In this document: piece by piece, positions 18,135 through 27,056 of the stretch
Layout: every line of letters starts with the position of its first letter
Position numbering within the stretch: position 1 is the stretch's first letter
NCBI GenBank assembly: GCA_964607415.1
Contig: CAZSKK010000002.1
Coordinates: forward strand, 158,380-222,379
Direction of reading: 5' to 3'
DNA from: an uncultured Candidatus Saccharibacteria bacterium
Lineage (GTDB): Bacteria > Patescibacteriota > Dojkabacteria > J137
DNA length: 64,000 nt
Made by a program: the position numbers and the translations under genes
The notes under the pieces: generated by a model
Databases searched by the model: none
Seen by the model: the letters and a program-made list of their open reading frames with translations, nothing else
What the model was told of the DNA's origin: nothing

Positions 18135-18673
18135 GATATGTCAATATTTTGATTTGTTGAAACTGTTAAAGTGATTTCATAGATATAATTTGAATCCTGG
18201 CCGTTATAGGTTCTGATTGAATTTTTATAAAAAACTGAACCAGCAAGATCACTTTCTAACCCTACTGTATTAATTGTATTTTCAAACTCAAGCAGACACT
18301 GCTCCTCTGAGAAATAATCGTAACTACTTGTAATAATTGTAATGATTCTAACGGATTTACTAATTTCTTCTATTCTTGCAGATAAAGATCTGATCTGTGA
18401 TTTTATACTAACTAAAGACTTTTTCGCATACTCTTTCTCCTCAGCATTTGAATACTCCGACTTAATTACACTCTTATAGATATCCAAATCTAAATATCTG
18501 CTATTTATTTCGTCAATAAGTTTACCTATTCCCGCATTAGCTGTAGTTATTTTTATTTCAAATCTAGGTTTGGGGAAAACCACTTGTATGAGATTACAGA
18601 AGTCCTGAAGTAAAATTTCATTTTTAAAATTTTCAACACTCATAGATGTGAATAAAATTATACCATGATGCAA
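18131..18673 (-). CDS. Hypothetical protein (180 aa)
   Basis: ORF only. Confidence 0.35.
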   Translation of the reverse strand: MHHGIILFTSMSVENFKNEILLQDFCNLIQVVFPKPRFEIKITTANAGIGKLIDEINSRYLDLDIYKSVIKSEYSNAEEKEYAKKSLVSIKSQIRSLSARIEEISKSVRIITIITSSYDYFSEEQCLLEFENTINTVGLESDLAGSVFYKNSIRTYNGQDSNYIYEITLTVSTNQNIDIS

Positions 18674-18730
18674 TAATCTTTTCGTCTTGAAAACCTTTAA
18701 CTAATTGGTATAATTAACAAGAATTTTTAT

Positions 18731-18802
18731 TCCTCCTTAGCTCAATGGTGGAGCTGCCCGCTGTTAACGGGAAGGTTGTAGGTTCGAGTCCTACAGGAGG
18801 AG
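18731..18802 (+). tRNA. tRNA-Asn (anticodon GTT)
   Basis: Folded by hand into a cloverleaf. Acceptor TCCTCCT/AGGAGGA, D-arm GCTC/GAGC, anticodon loop CTGTTAA, T-arm GTAGG-TTCGAGT-CCTAC, discriminator G. No CCA is encoded. Confidence 0.8.
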
Positions 18803-18889
18803 ATTTATTTTATTCTCAATCTTCGATTCTCCAATCCACAAATTTACTATCCAGAGTTATAATCAGTTTGCAACATTAATTATTTATTT

Positions 18890-20137
18890 ATGAAAACTTT
18901 ACACATAGAAATTTTAGCTCCAGCGGGATCATTTGAATCACTTGTTACAGCAATTAAAGCTGGCTGCAATGCAGTTTACTTTGGCATTTCTGATATGAAT
19001 ATGCGAGCAACTGCTGCCGCAAATTTTGGATTGAAAGATCTTACAAAAGTTGTTGAGCTTTGCCATAAAGAAAACATTAAAACATATCTAACATTGAATA
19101 CCCTTGTTTATGATTCTGAAATAGAAGAAATGAAATCAATTGTAAAAGCAGCATTTGACGCAAATATCGATGCAGTAATTGCAGCAGACATGGCAACAAT
19201 CTCGTATGCAAAACGTGTTGGGCTTGAAGTTCATATTTCAACACAGCTTTCAGTTTCAAACATTGAAGCGGTTAAATTCTATGCACAATTTTCAGATAGA
19301 ATTGTCCTTGCAAGGGAATTAACTTTGGAGCAAGTAAAGCAAATTTGCACCGAAATTAAAGAACAAAATATTAAAGGCCCTAAAGGGAATTTGATTGAAA
19401 TTGAAGTATTTGCCCACGGAGCACTTTGTGTTGCTGTTAGTGGAAGATGTTCAATGAGCCTTTATTGCTACAACACGTCAGCAAACAAAGGCAGATGTAC
19501 TCAAATTTGTAGAAGAAAATATAAAGTAACTGATATGGATACAGGAAACGAACTAGTGGTAGACAATAATTATATTATGAGTTCTGCTGATCTTTGTACG
19601 ATAGGAATGTTAGATAAGTTAGTTGATTCTGGAGTTTCCGTTTTAAAGTTTGAAGGCCGGGGAAGATCCCCTGAATATGTTGATACAGTGATTAGAACTT
19701 ATAAAAACGCGCTTAAATCCATTGAAGATGAGACTTACACAAAGGAAAAGATTCAGAACTGGAATAAAGATTTAAATACAGTATTTAATAGAGGATTAAC
19801 GCAAGGGTTCTACATGGGAAGACACATGAATGAATGGGCTGGTGTACACGGCAGCAAAGCAACAAAAGAAAAATATCAGATTGGAGTTGTGGAACATTAT
19901 TACAAAAAAGCTGGCATTGCCCAGGTCTTATTTCAAGCAAAAGATACTGTTAAAAAAGATGAAGAATTTATGATTATTGGGCCTAAAACTGGAATTATTA
20001 AAGGCAACCTTTCCGAAATGTGGGTTGATGATAAGTCAGTAGATGAAGTAAAACAAGGTGATGTTGTAACCTTTAAGCTAGATGATGTAGTAAGAGAAAA
20101 CGATAAGTTTTACGTTTGGCGAGACAGGATAGCGTAA
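18890..20137 (+). CDS. Peptidase U32 family protein
   Basis: N-terminal LAPAGSFESLVTAIKAGCNAVYFG and the Cys-rich CxxxxC region match U32. Confidence 0.7.
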   Translation: MKTLHIEILAPAGSFESLVTAIKAGCNAVYFGISDMNMRATAAANFGLKDLTKVVELCHKENIKTYLTLNTLVYDSEIEEMKSIVKAAFDANIDAVIAADMATISYAKRVGLEVHISTQLSVSNIEAVKFYAQFSDRIVLARELTLEQVKQICTEIKEQNIKGPKGNLIEIEVFAHGALCVAVSGRCSMSLYCYNTSANKGRCTQICRRKYKVTDMDTGNELVVDNNYIMSSADLCTIGMLDKLVDSGVSVLKFEGRGRSPEYVDTVIRTYKNALKSIEDETYTKEKIQNWNKDLNTVFNRGLTQGFYMGRHMNEWAGVHGSKATKEKYQIGVVEHYYKKAGIAQVLFQAKDTVKKDEEFMIIGPKTGIIKGNLSEMWVDDKSVDEVKQGDVVTFKLDDVVRENDKFYVWRDRIA

Positions 20138-20337
20138 AATGTAAGACGCCTACTACCCTTGCCTATGCCGTAGGATCTGTAACCTTTTCAGACATTGGCA
20201 GGTTTGATAACTGGCTTAGAAAATTTAAGTATATAGTTATTGAAACATTTAAAAATACTGATGTACAAGTTACCGAAATTTACGTTAACGGCTGGGAATA
20301 TATAATTGATCCTAAGGCCTGAGTTTCAATTCCTGAG

Positions 20338-20360
20338 CTTGATTCATAATTCTTGATTCC
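20338..20360 (+). promoter_or_regulatory. TGATTC/TAATTC heptad motif (family copy 2), upstream of heliorhodopsin
   Basis: cttgattcataattcttgattcc lies 66 bp upstream of the heliorhodopsin ATG. Confidence 0.4.
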
Positions 20361-20425
20361 TCTTTCATATTTAGGTACATTATACTTAAGTTAGCTATCT
20401 TTTTTACTTTTTACACACCTAATCT

Positions 20426-21220
20426 ATGGAAGCAAAAGCTTCAGCAAACGATCCGAAGGTTTTTTCCAATCTTAGGATTTTTAACCTTATAATGGGTGTT
20501 CTACACTTACTTCAAGGAACCTTAATGCTAGCATTAAGTAATGATACAAAGTATACATTAACAACTAGTTTTTTAAGATTTAATCCAAATGCCGCAGAAC
20601 CAGTCCGATCAGTTACTGAAGAGTTAGTTAAAATTCCTCTTGGCCCTGCAATTGCTGCTTTTCTTTTTATTTCGGCAATGGCTCACTTTACAATAGCTGC
20701 GCCTGGAGTATATGAATGGTATGTTAAAAATCTTAAAAAAGGAGCAAACTATGCTAGATGGTATGAATACTCAATTAGCTCATCTTTAATGATAGGAGTA
20801 ATTGGCATTCTTTGCGGAATATTTGATGCACCAAGCTTGATTCTATTAATGGCGTTAAACGCTTGTATGATTTTTTTTGGTCTTGTGATGGAGCTTCATA
20901 ATCAAACAACTAAAAAAACCGATTGGACTTCATTTATTTATGGTTGTTTTGCTGGAATTGTACCTTGGCTAATCTTAGGCTGGTATTTTTTTGATGCAAT
21001 TGCAAATGTAGAGACAACAAATCCTGTTCCTAAATTTGTTTATGGAATACTAATTTCGCTATTCATATTCTTTAATATTTTTGCTGTAAATATGTTTTTG
21101 CAGTACAAAAAAGTTGGGCCCTGGAAGAATTATATATTTGGTGAAAAAATGTACATAGTTTTGAGTTTACTTGCAAAGTCAGCTCTTGCTTGGCAAGTAT
21201 TTTCTGGAACATTGAGATAA
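20426..21220 (+). CDS. Heliorhodopsin (7TM microbial rhodopsin, inverted topology)
   Basis: 264 aa with 7 TM helices. Diagnostic blocks WYEYSISSSLMI, CFAGIVPW, FVYGILISLFIFFN and YIVLSLLAKSALAWQVFSG match heliorhodopsin family signatures. The last block contains the retinal Schiff-base Lys. Confidence 0.8.
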   Translation: MEAKASANDPKVFSNLRIFNLIMGVLHLLQGTLMLALSNDTKYTLTTSFLRFNPNAAEPVRSVTEELVKIPLGPAIAAFLFISAMAHFTIAAPGVYEWYVKNLKKGANYARWYEYSISSSLMIGVIGILCGIFDAPSLILLMALNACMIFFGLVMELHNQTTKKTDWTSFIYGCFAGIVPWLILGWYFFDAIANVETTNPVPKFVYGILISLFIFFNIFAVNMFLQYKKVGPWKNYIFGEKMYIVLSLLAKSALAWQVFSGTLR

Positions 21221-21256
21221 AAAAATAAATTTTATAAAACGAATTAAAGTTGCAAT

Positions 21257-21283
21257 CCCCTTCTTGAATGTGGCAAGAGGGGG
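21257..21283 (+). terminator. GC-rich hairpin after heliorhodopsin
   Basis: ccccttcttg-aatgtgg-caagaggggg is a 10-bp stem with one G-U pair. No strong U-tract follows. Confidence 0.35.
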
Positions 21284-21486
21284 GGAGAAGTTCATTGTTC
21301 TTAAACTTGCAGCATTAATTAGCATCTGGGACATAAAGATGTAAGTTTTTATAAATTACTTTAAACTTTTTTACTTGTAACTTTCAACTTTTCTAGTACA
21401 CCTGTTTATACAAAAATATTAAAATGAATAAACTTAAATTAAATAGCTTTGCACTTACTGATTTTTGCTTCTAGAACGACCATCCA

Positions 21487-24400
21487 ATGGTCTTTAAAGC
21501 CAATTTTTGCTATAATTTAAAATCTATGGAAGTAATAACAAGTCCTAACAATGCAAATTCAGAAGTAAAGTTTAGTACTCGACCTAGACCAACTCATTTA
21601 ATTGATAGAAGAGAAATAGTAATAGATTATCTTAGAGGTTTTGCAGTGGCTTTGATGATTATTACCCATGTAATTGCCATTACTTTCAACGGTAGTTCTG
21701 GAAATGAATTAGTAAAAAATATTGGGCTTATTGGAGGAATAGGATCTTTCACTTCATTTTTATTTATATCTGGTATAAGTTCTTTTTTAAGTTTTGTTAA
21801 GAATGATGATAGTGAAGCCGAAAAAATAAAACAAAAGGGAAGAAGAATAATTGCCAAAAATTTACAACTGTTGGGCATTTATTACATTTTGGCTACTTTT
21901 TCGATTTTTGTTAATACTTCGCTTTATTCCTTTCCACCTAATACGGGCTGGATAGAGACAATTACAAAAACGGTATTTTTTATTATAGTTCCTCCCTTTA
22001 CTGAGTTTCTACTTGCACTTTTAGCTTTCAGCTTAAGTACAGTATTTTTAAGAAAACTTTATAGATTTCTACTAAATAATCCTCTAATTGGGCTTCCTTT
22101 TATGGGAGCTAGTTTCGCGATTGGATCATTAATATACAAAGTTGATTTTGGAGCGACGGAACTAAATTCTATTAAAGCCTTGTTTGGGGGACACCTTGAA
22201 TACCATACATTCCCGCTATTTCAATATCTGCCTATCTTTTTGCTTGGATTGTATTTTGGGAAATTTTTATACAATAATGCTGATGTACTAAAAAGATTAA
22301 AGTTAAATTTTATTTGGTTAATTATCTTTGGCACGTTCACAATTCAAAGCTACTTCGTCTTTAATTATTTTGATTACCAGATTTTTGATGCACTTCCCGA
22401 TTCAGGTAGATTTCCACCGTCATTAGCATTCATTGCCCTTAGCTTAACCATTACTTTGAGTGCCATGTTTATAATAACGGCACTATTCAAAGCAATCCCT
22501 AGTTTGATAAAAGCCCCTCTACATTTTATGGGAGTGAATGCTTTAGACATGTTCTTTTTTCATACAGCAATTTTGTTTTTGTACAAATACTTAACATCAA
22601 GCAGCGTTAATCCTAATGGCAAACTTTACTCTGGTACAATAACAATTTTATTTCTATATTTTGTTGTCATTGCATTAAGTATAATCTTTACTAATGTTCG
22701 GAGAAGTTTTAAAGATTGGAGTACACAAGAAAACGGAGGAGATCTGTGGTGGTTCTTTACCGAAAGAGCCGTATCATCAATTATATTTGTAATTATTTTT
22801 GGTATTGTAGGGACAACTTTTTATAGAGACGTTTTTGCAAACCCTGCAAGTTTAGATACAGCTAACATTCAATTTAAAAAAAGATTAATTAGAGAAGAAG
22901 AATGGCCAATATGGTGGGATAATGGTTTTGAAGCATTTAGGCAATTAATGATTACCGCACCTGCTTCTGATAATCTATTTAAAAATAGTTGGGTGAGTGC
23001 AAGCTTTAATCACAGAGAAGCATTAAACAATGGCAGAGCTTACTACGAAAATGGATCTGATGTGCGGGTAGTATTTTATGATTCAGTTTTGGGAGAGTTT
23101 AAAGAGCTTCCTTTTAAATTTGAATCTATAGGTACTGAATCTGCTTCAGTCACATTCAAACTTGTTGAAGATATTCCTTCAGCAACGCAGCTGGATCGAT
23201 ACTTTATTTACTACGGAAATGAATTTATAAGAGATTTTACAGATACTAAAGATACGCCTAGTGGATCGGTTTTTGCAAGTGGGGTATCTGTAAATCCTGA
23301 AACTATCCATTCAATAGATGCCTCCGTAAATAGAAGATGGTACCTTAAAAAGAAAGAAACTGCTTACCAAGCAGCCTCTTTGGTTGTGAGTGCTAGGTTG
23401 AACAACGAAAATATAGCCGATGGAAGTATAGTGACATACTCTATCCCAGGAACTGATAAATTTGGAAGGATGAAGCAGGTTAACGGAAGAGATTATCAAG
23501 CATCAATTGTTGTTTCTGACTTAGAACCAGGTATTTATTCTGTTGTTGCGAATGTAACAGAATCTAAAGATGATTTAAAAATATTTAGAAGCCAGGAAAT
23601 CCCGTTCTATATAACTTATCCTATATATGTTACCTGGACTCAGGACTGGGAAGGCTTTGATGTTAACCAAGTTGATCTCGACAGTATGGCATCAATTGCT
23701 GATCAACATGGAATGCCCATGGTTCACCTTTTTAACCCTAGAATTTACATAAGAAATCAATATTCTTATGCCAATATTAGTGAATCTAGAGCTAAATACA
23801 TCTCAGACTGGGTTAAAGAAAGACAGCAAGAGAGATTTGAAGAAATAGGAATGCATATGCATATGTTTCCAGATATGGTTTCAGAAGCAGGAGTTGCACC
23901 AAAATACGATGTAGTTGTAGGAGCAGCGTATGGAGATACCAAAACAAATGCCTACACCGAAGAAGAGTTAACAAAAATCTTCTCGTGGGGTAGACAAAAA
24001 TTTTCAGAAAATGCGTTAGGCGCCCCAATTAGCTACAGAACTGGCGCATGGATGTCAGGACCAAATGTTCTTAAAGCCGCCCAGAATACTGGCTTTCTTA
24101 TTGATACAACCGGAAGAACTGGAGGACCAATTAACCCAGCCCAACCTTCTAGTTCCCAAGTTCCTTGGAGCTTATCTGTAACAACATATCCATACCTTCC
24201 TAGTGTAAGCGATATTAATAAATGGGAAGGTGATAGATTAAACATATGGGAATTTCCTAATAACGGCGCCGACTCCTTCTGGTTTAGCTTGCAAGAATTG
24301 ATAAGTAGATTTGATCAAAACTATCCAAATAAAGGTTCTATTGTAACAAGACCTCAGGTAGTTACGTACTTATCTCACCCTCACTGGTTTGCAGGTGTAG

Positions 24401-24537
24401 ATAGTCCAAAAATTAGAGGCTTGTTTAGCTATACCGATCAGTTTTTATTTAAAAATGACGCAGGACCAGTTATTTACGCAACCCTTGAAGACATCTATTC
24501 TCAATGGGATAGGGATAAATTTATCAATGGAAATTAA
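21487..24537 (+). CDS. Large envelope protein: N-terminal acyltransferase-3 (OatA-like) membrane domain fused to a ~600-aa extracytoplasmic domain
   Basis: IDYLRGFAVALMIITHV is the AT3 motif, followed by about 10 TM helices. The C-terminal soluble region has a His-rich patch (IGMHMHMF) suggestive of a hydrolase/deacetylase fold. 1016 aa. Confidence 0.5.
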   Translation: MVFKANFCYNLKSMEVITSPNNANSEVKFSTRPRPTHLIDRREIVIDYLRGFAVALMIITHVIAITFNGSSGNELVKNIGLIGGIGSFTSFLFISGISSFLSFVKNDDSEAEKIKQKGRRIIAKNLQLLGIYYILATFSIFVNTSLYSFPPNTGWIETITKTVFFIIVPPFTEFLLALLAFSLSTVFLRKLYRFLLNNPLIGLPFMGASFAIGSLIYKVDFGATELNSIKALFGGHLEYHTFPLFQYLPIFLLGLYFGKFLYNNADVLKRLKLNFIWLIIFGTFTIQSYFVFNYFDYQIFDALPDSGRFPPSLAFIALSLTITLSAMFIITALFKAIPSLIKAPLHFMGVNALDMFFFHTAILFLYKYLTSSSVNPNGKLYSGTITILFLYFVVIALSIIFTNVRRSFKDWSTQENGGDLWWFFTERAVSSIIFVIIFGIVGTTFYRDVFANPASLDTANIQFKKRLIREEEWPIWWDNGFEAFRQLMITAPASDNLFKNSWVSASFNHREALNNGRAYYENGSDVRVVFYDSVLGEFKELPFKFESIGTESASVTFKLVEDIPSATQLDRYFIYYGNEFIRDFTDTKDTPSGSVFASGVSVNPETIHSIDASVNRRWYLKKKETAYQAASLVVSARLNNENIADGSIVTYSIPGTDKFGRMKQVNGRDYQASIVVSDLEPGIYSVVANVTESKDDLKIFRSQEIPFYITYPIYVTWTQDWEGFDVNQVDLDSMASIADQHGMPMVHLFNPRIYIRNQYSYANISESRAKYISDWVKERQQERFEEIGMHMHMFPDMVSEAGVAPKYDVVVGAAYGDTKTNAYTEEELTKIFSWGRQKFSENALGAPISYRTGAWMSGPNVLKAAQNTGFLIDTTGRTGGPINPAQPSSSQVPWSLSVTTYPYLPSVSDINKWEGDRLNIWEFPNNGADSFWFSLQELISRFDQNYPNKGSIVTRPQVVTYLSHPHWFAGVDSPKIRGLFSYTDQFLFKNDAGPVIYATLEDIYSQWDRDKFINGN

Positions 24538-24540
24538 GTT

Positions 24541-26565
24541 ATGACTAATTTAGAATTTTCAACCTATATAACCTTCTTTATAGCTTTTGCTCTACTGGCT
24601 TTAGCTTTCGACTTACTATTTATTGGAAAGTTCCTTTACAAAGTGGTCAAAAAACGACACTTTAAAATTAGCTTCAAAAGCAAAAAATTATGGTTGAAGA
24701 TTTTGGTTTTCCTGTTATTTAACATTGCAATTCCAGGTGCAATTACTTATGTAGCATATCAAAAATACGAAAAGACAACTCCAACAATTACAAAATCAAC
24801 GCCATCAGGTGAAGGAGTTTGGTCCAGTTATTCAAAGCCTTTAGAAGTTGAATTCAATGTGCCTGTAAGCACTGTGAGGCTTTCTCCTAAAATAAATCCT
24901 ACTCTTGCCGGTGAATGGAAATGGGAACCTTACTATGGAACGCATGCACTAACAACTAAGGGTAAGTTCTACCCAAATGAAAGTTTATTCCCTGGGCAAA
25001 GAGTTGTTGTTTACATAACAGGAATCAGGCGAGCAAAGCATAATGAAAATCATGAAGCTGGGTTTGTATTTGATTCAGTTAAACTACCTGAAATTAATGT
25101 CTCAGACCCATTTAATAAATCTAAGGATGTTTCTTTAGAAACAAACATAGATTTGTTTTTAAATAAAAAAGATGAAAACTTACAAAACTGGAAATTTGAA
25201 TTTTCGCCAAAAATCGACTTCGAGGTCAGAACAATAAGCGAAACGCAATTTCAAATAGACCCAGCACTACCGTTTAATCAAAGTGAGAAGTACACACTTT
25301 ATGTTTCAAGACAAGCTAAAAGAGTTAACCTTGAAAACAAAGAGACAATAGAAGAGGATGGATACGAAGTTGTTAATAGGATTGAATTTGAAACACCTAA
25401 AGAGCCGCTTGTTAAAAGTTTTTCTCCAAAAGGTACTGGCGTAAAACAAGATGCTAAGATTAGAATTCGTTTTGAAGTACCAATGATTAGAGAGAACGTG
25501 GAGACATTATTTAAAATCACTCCAAGCGTTGAAGGTACTTTTGGATGGGAGGATGATAGAATCCTTAATTTTACACCCAATACCCTACTTCCAAAGGAAA
25601 CTTCTTATAAAGTTTCATTTCCTGAAGGTCTAGAAAGCCAAGGTGGTGGTGTTTCTGCCAAAGAAATTAGTTTTGAATTTGTAACAATTGGCGCAATACA
25701 ATTGCAATCATCTAGTCCTGCAAATGCTGCAACTAGAGTTAATGAATCTACAGAAATTAAAATAACTTTTGACCAAGAAGTTGATCAAACTTCCGCTCAA
25801 TCAAATTTTACGATATCTCCAAATATTGGAGGTAATTTTAGATGGGAAGGCAATACAATGATTTTTGACCCAAATAACAATTTGAATTTCAGCACAACCT
25901 ATACTGTTTCTCTTCAACCTGGAATTAAGTCGATTTATGGAATTGATAGCAGGGACAAATTTAACTTTAGTTTTACAACCAGATCAAACCAGGTGACTAT
26001 TTCTCTACCTATTTTTTATCAACCTCAGCCTTCATTCTCTTGTAATATTTATGCAACCAGAATGGGACTTGCATGGAAAGGTTACAACCTGGATGCAACA
26101 GCTATTATCGCTGAATTAGGCTATAACGATCAAAATATTAATGGGCAATGGCAAGGAAACCCAAACACACAATATGTTGGAACATATGATGGAAGTTGGG
26201 GATACGGTGTACACTGGAATCCAGTAAAAAGATTATTTGATAACAGAGGCCTAACGACCACCTTAAACGTAGGTTGGAACACGAGAGATCTTGCAAGAAC
26301 AATAGAAAACGGCAATCCCGTTATCATTTGGCGATATAATGGTGTTAGTGCAGATTATAACCTGAATTGGGTTGCGGCTGATGGTACCTATGTAAATGCA
26401 ATTAATGGACAACACGGTGGAGTTATTACAGGGTACAGAGGTACAAGTGACAATCCTACACAATTTCAAATTAATGATCCTTGGTATGGAATAATCTGGA
26501 TGGATGCCGGGGTATTTGATTACTATTGGTCTCGCTTAAATCGAGTTGGGTTGGTAATATATTAG
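24541..26565 (+). CDS. Surface protein: TM anchor, tandem bacterial Ig-like domains and C-terminal C39-like cysteine peptidase domain
   Basis: Repeated Ig-like blocks (NFTISPNIGGNFRWEGNTMIFDP...TYTVSL). The C-terminus has CNIYATRMGLAWKGY...HGGVITGY...NDPWYG, which resembles the Peptidase_C39_2 Cys/His/Asp arrangement. Confidence 0.5.
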   Translation: MTNLEFSTYITFFIAFALLALAFDLLFIGKFLYKVVKKRHFKISFKSKKLWLKILVFLLFNIAIPGAITYVAYQKYEKTTPTITKSTPSGEGVWSSYSKPLEVEFNVPVSTVRLSPKINPTLAGEWKWEPYYGTHALTTKGKFYPNESLFPGQRVVVYITGIRRAKHNENHEAGFVFDSVKLPEINVSDPFNKSKDVSLETNIDLFLNKKDENLQNWKFEFSPKIDFEVRTISETQFQIDPALPFNQSEKYTLYVSRQAKRVNLENKETIEEDGYEVVNRIEFETPKEPLVKSFSPKGTGVKQDAKIRIRFEVPMIRENVETLFKITPSVEGTFGWEDDRILNFTPNTLLPKETSYKVSFPEGLESQGGGVSAKEISFEFVTIGAIQLQSSSPANAATRVNESTEIKITFDQEVDQTSAQSNFTISPNIGGNFRWEGNTMIFDPNNNLNFSTTYTVSLQPGIKSIYGIDSRDKFNFSFTTRSNQVTISLPIFYQPQPSFSCNIYATRMGLAWKGYNLDATAIIAELGYNDQNINGQWQGNPNTQYVGTYDGSWGYGVHWNPVKRLFDNRGLTTTLNVGWNTRDLARTIENGNPVIIWRYNGVSADYNLNWVAADGTYVNAINGQHGGVITGYRGTSDNPTQFQINDPWYGIIWMDAGVFDYYWSRLNRVGLVIY

Positions 26566-26761
26566 AGCATATTAAATAGATTTCCTCTCCCCGAGAATGC
26601 ACGTTGTGCATTCGAGTGCAGCTGATTAGCTCCATTCGACAGCATAATATGCTGTCTCAGGATTAAGGTGAGGGTTTATACCGAGTTGGTGCATAACCTC
26701 ACCCTCCCCTCTCCTAATAGGAGAGGGATTTTGGAGATAATCTTAAATCATTTTTTTAATC

Positions 26762-26992
26762 ATGTTAAAACAGCTAGTCTACTCTCTAACAATTTCACTT
26801 ATGGTAGCCGGAGGATTCCTAGCGTACATGTTTTTAATCGGAATTCCCAAAACTAAAGCCAGAAACTATTACAATCAAGGTATGATTGCAAGGGAGGAAG
26901 GAAATGAAGCCGAAGCTCAAAAAGATTTTGAAAAAGCTCTTACTTATTGGGACGAAGAATATATTAAAAAGGAAATGAAGAAAAGTGAATAA
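26762..26992 (+). CDS. Small membrane-anchored protein (76 aa)
   Basis: One N-terminal TM helix followed by a charged helical tail. Confidence 0.3.
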   Translation: MLKQLVYSLTISLMVAGGFLAYMFLIGIPKTKARNYYNQGMIAREEGNEAEAQKDFEKALTYWDEEYIKKEMKKSE

Positions 26993-26995
26993 GTG

Positions 26996-27056
26996 TTAAT
27001 TGGTTATTAGTTGATTGGTTAATTGGCTCTTGTACTAATTAACCATTATACTAATT
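26996..27056. repeat. ~60-bp intergenic repeat, copy A (3' flank of fmt)
   Basis: ttaattggttattagttgattggttaattggctcttgtactaattaaccattatactaatt is about 85% identical to copy B. It has 10-bp terminal inverted repeats GTTAATTRGT...ACTAATTAAC. Confidence 0.6.
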
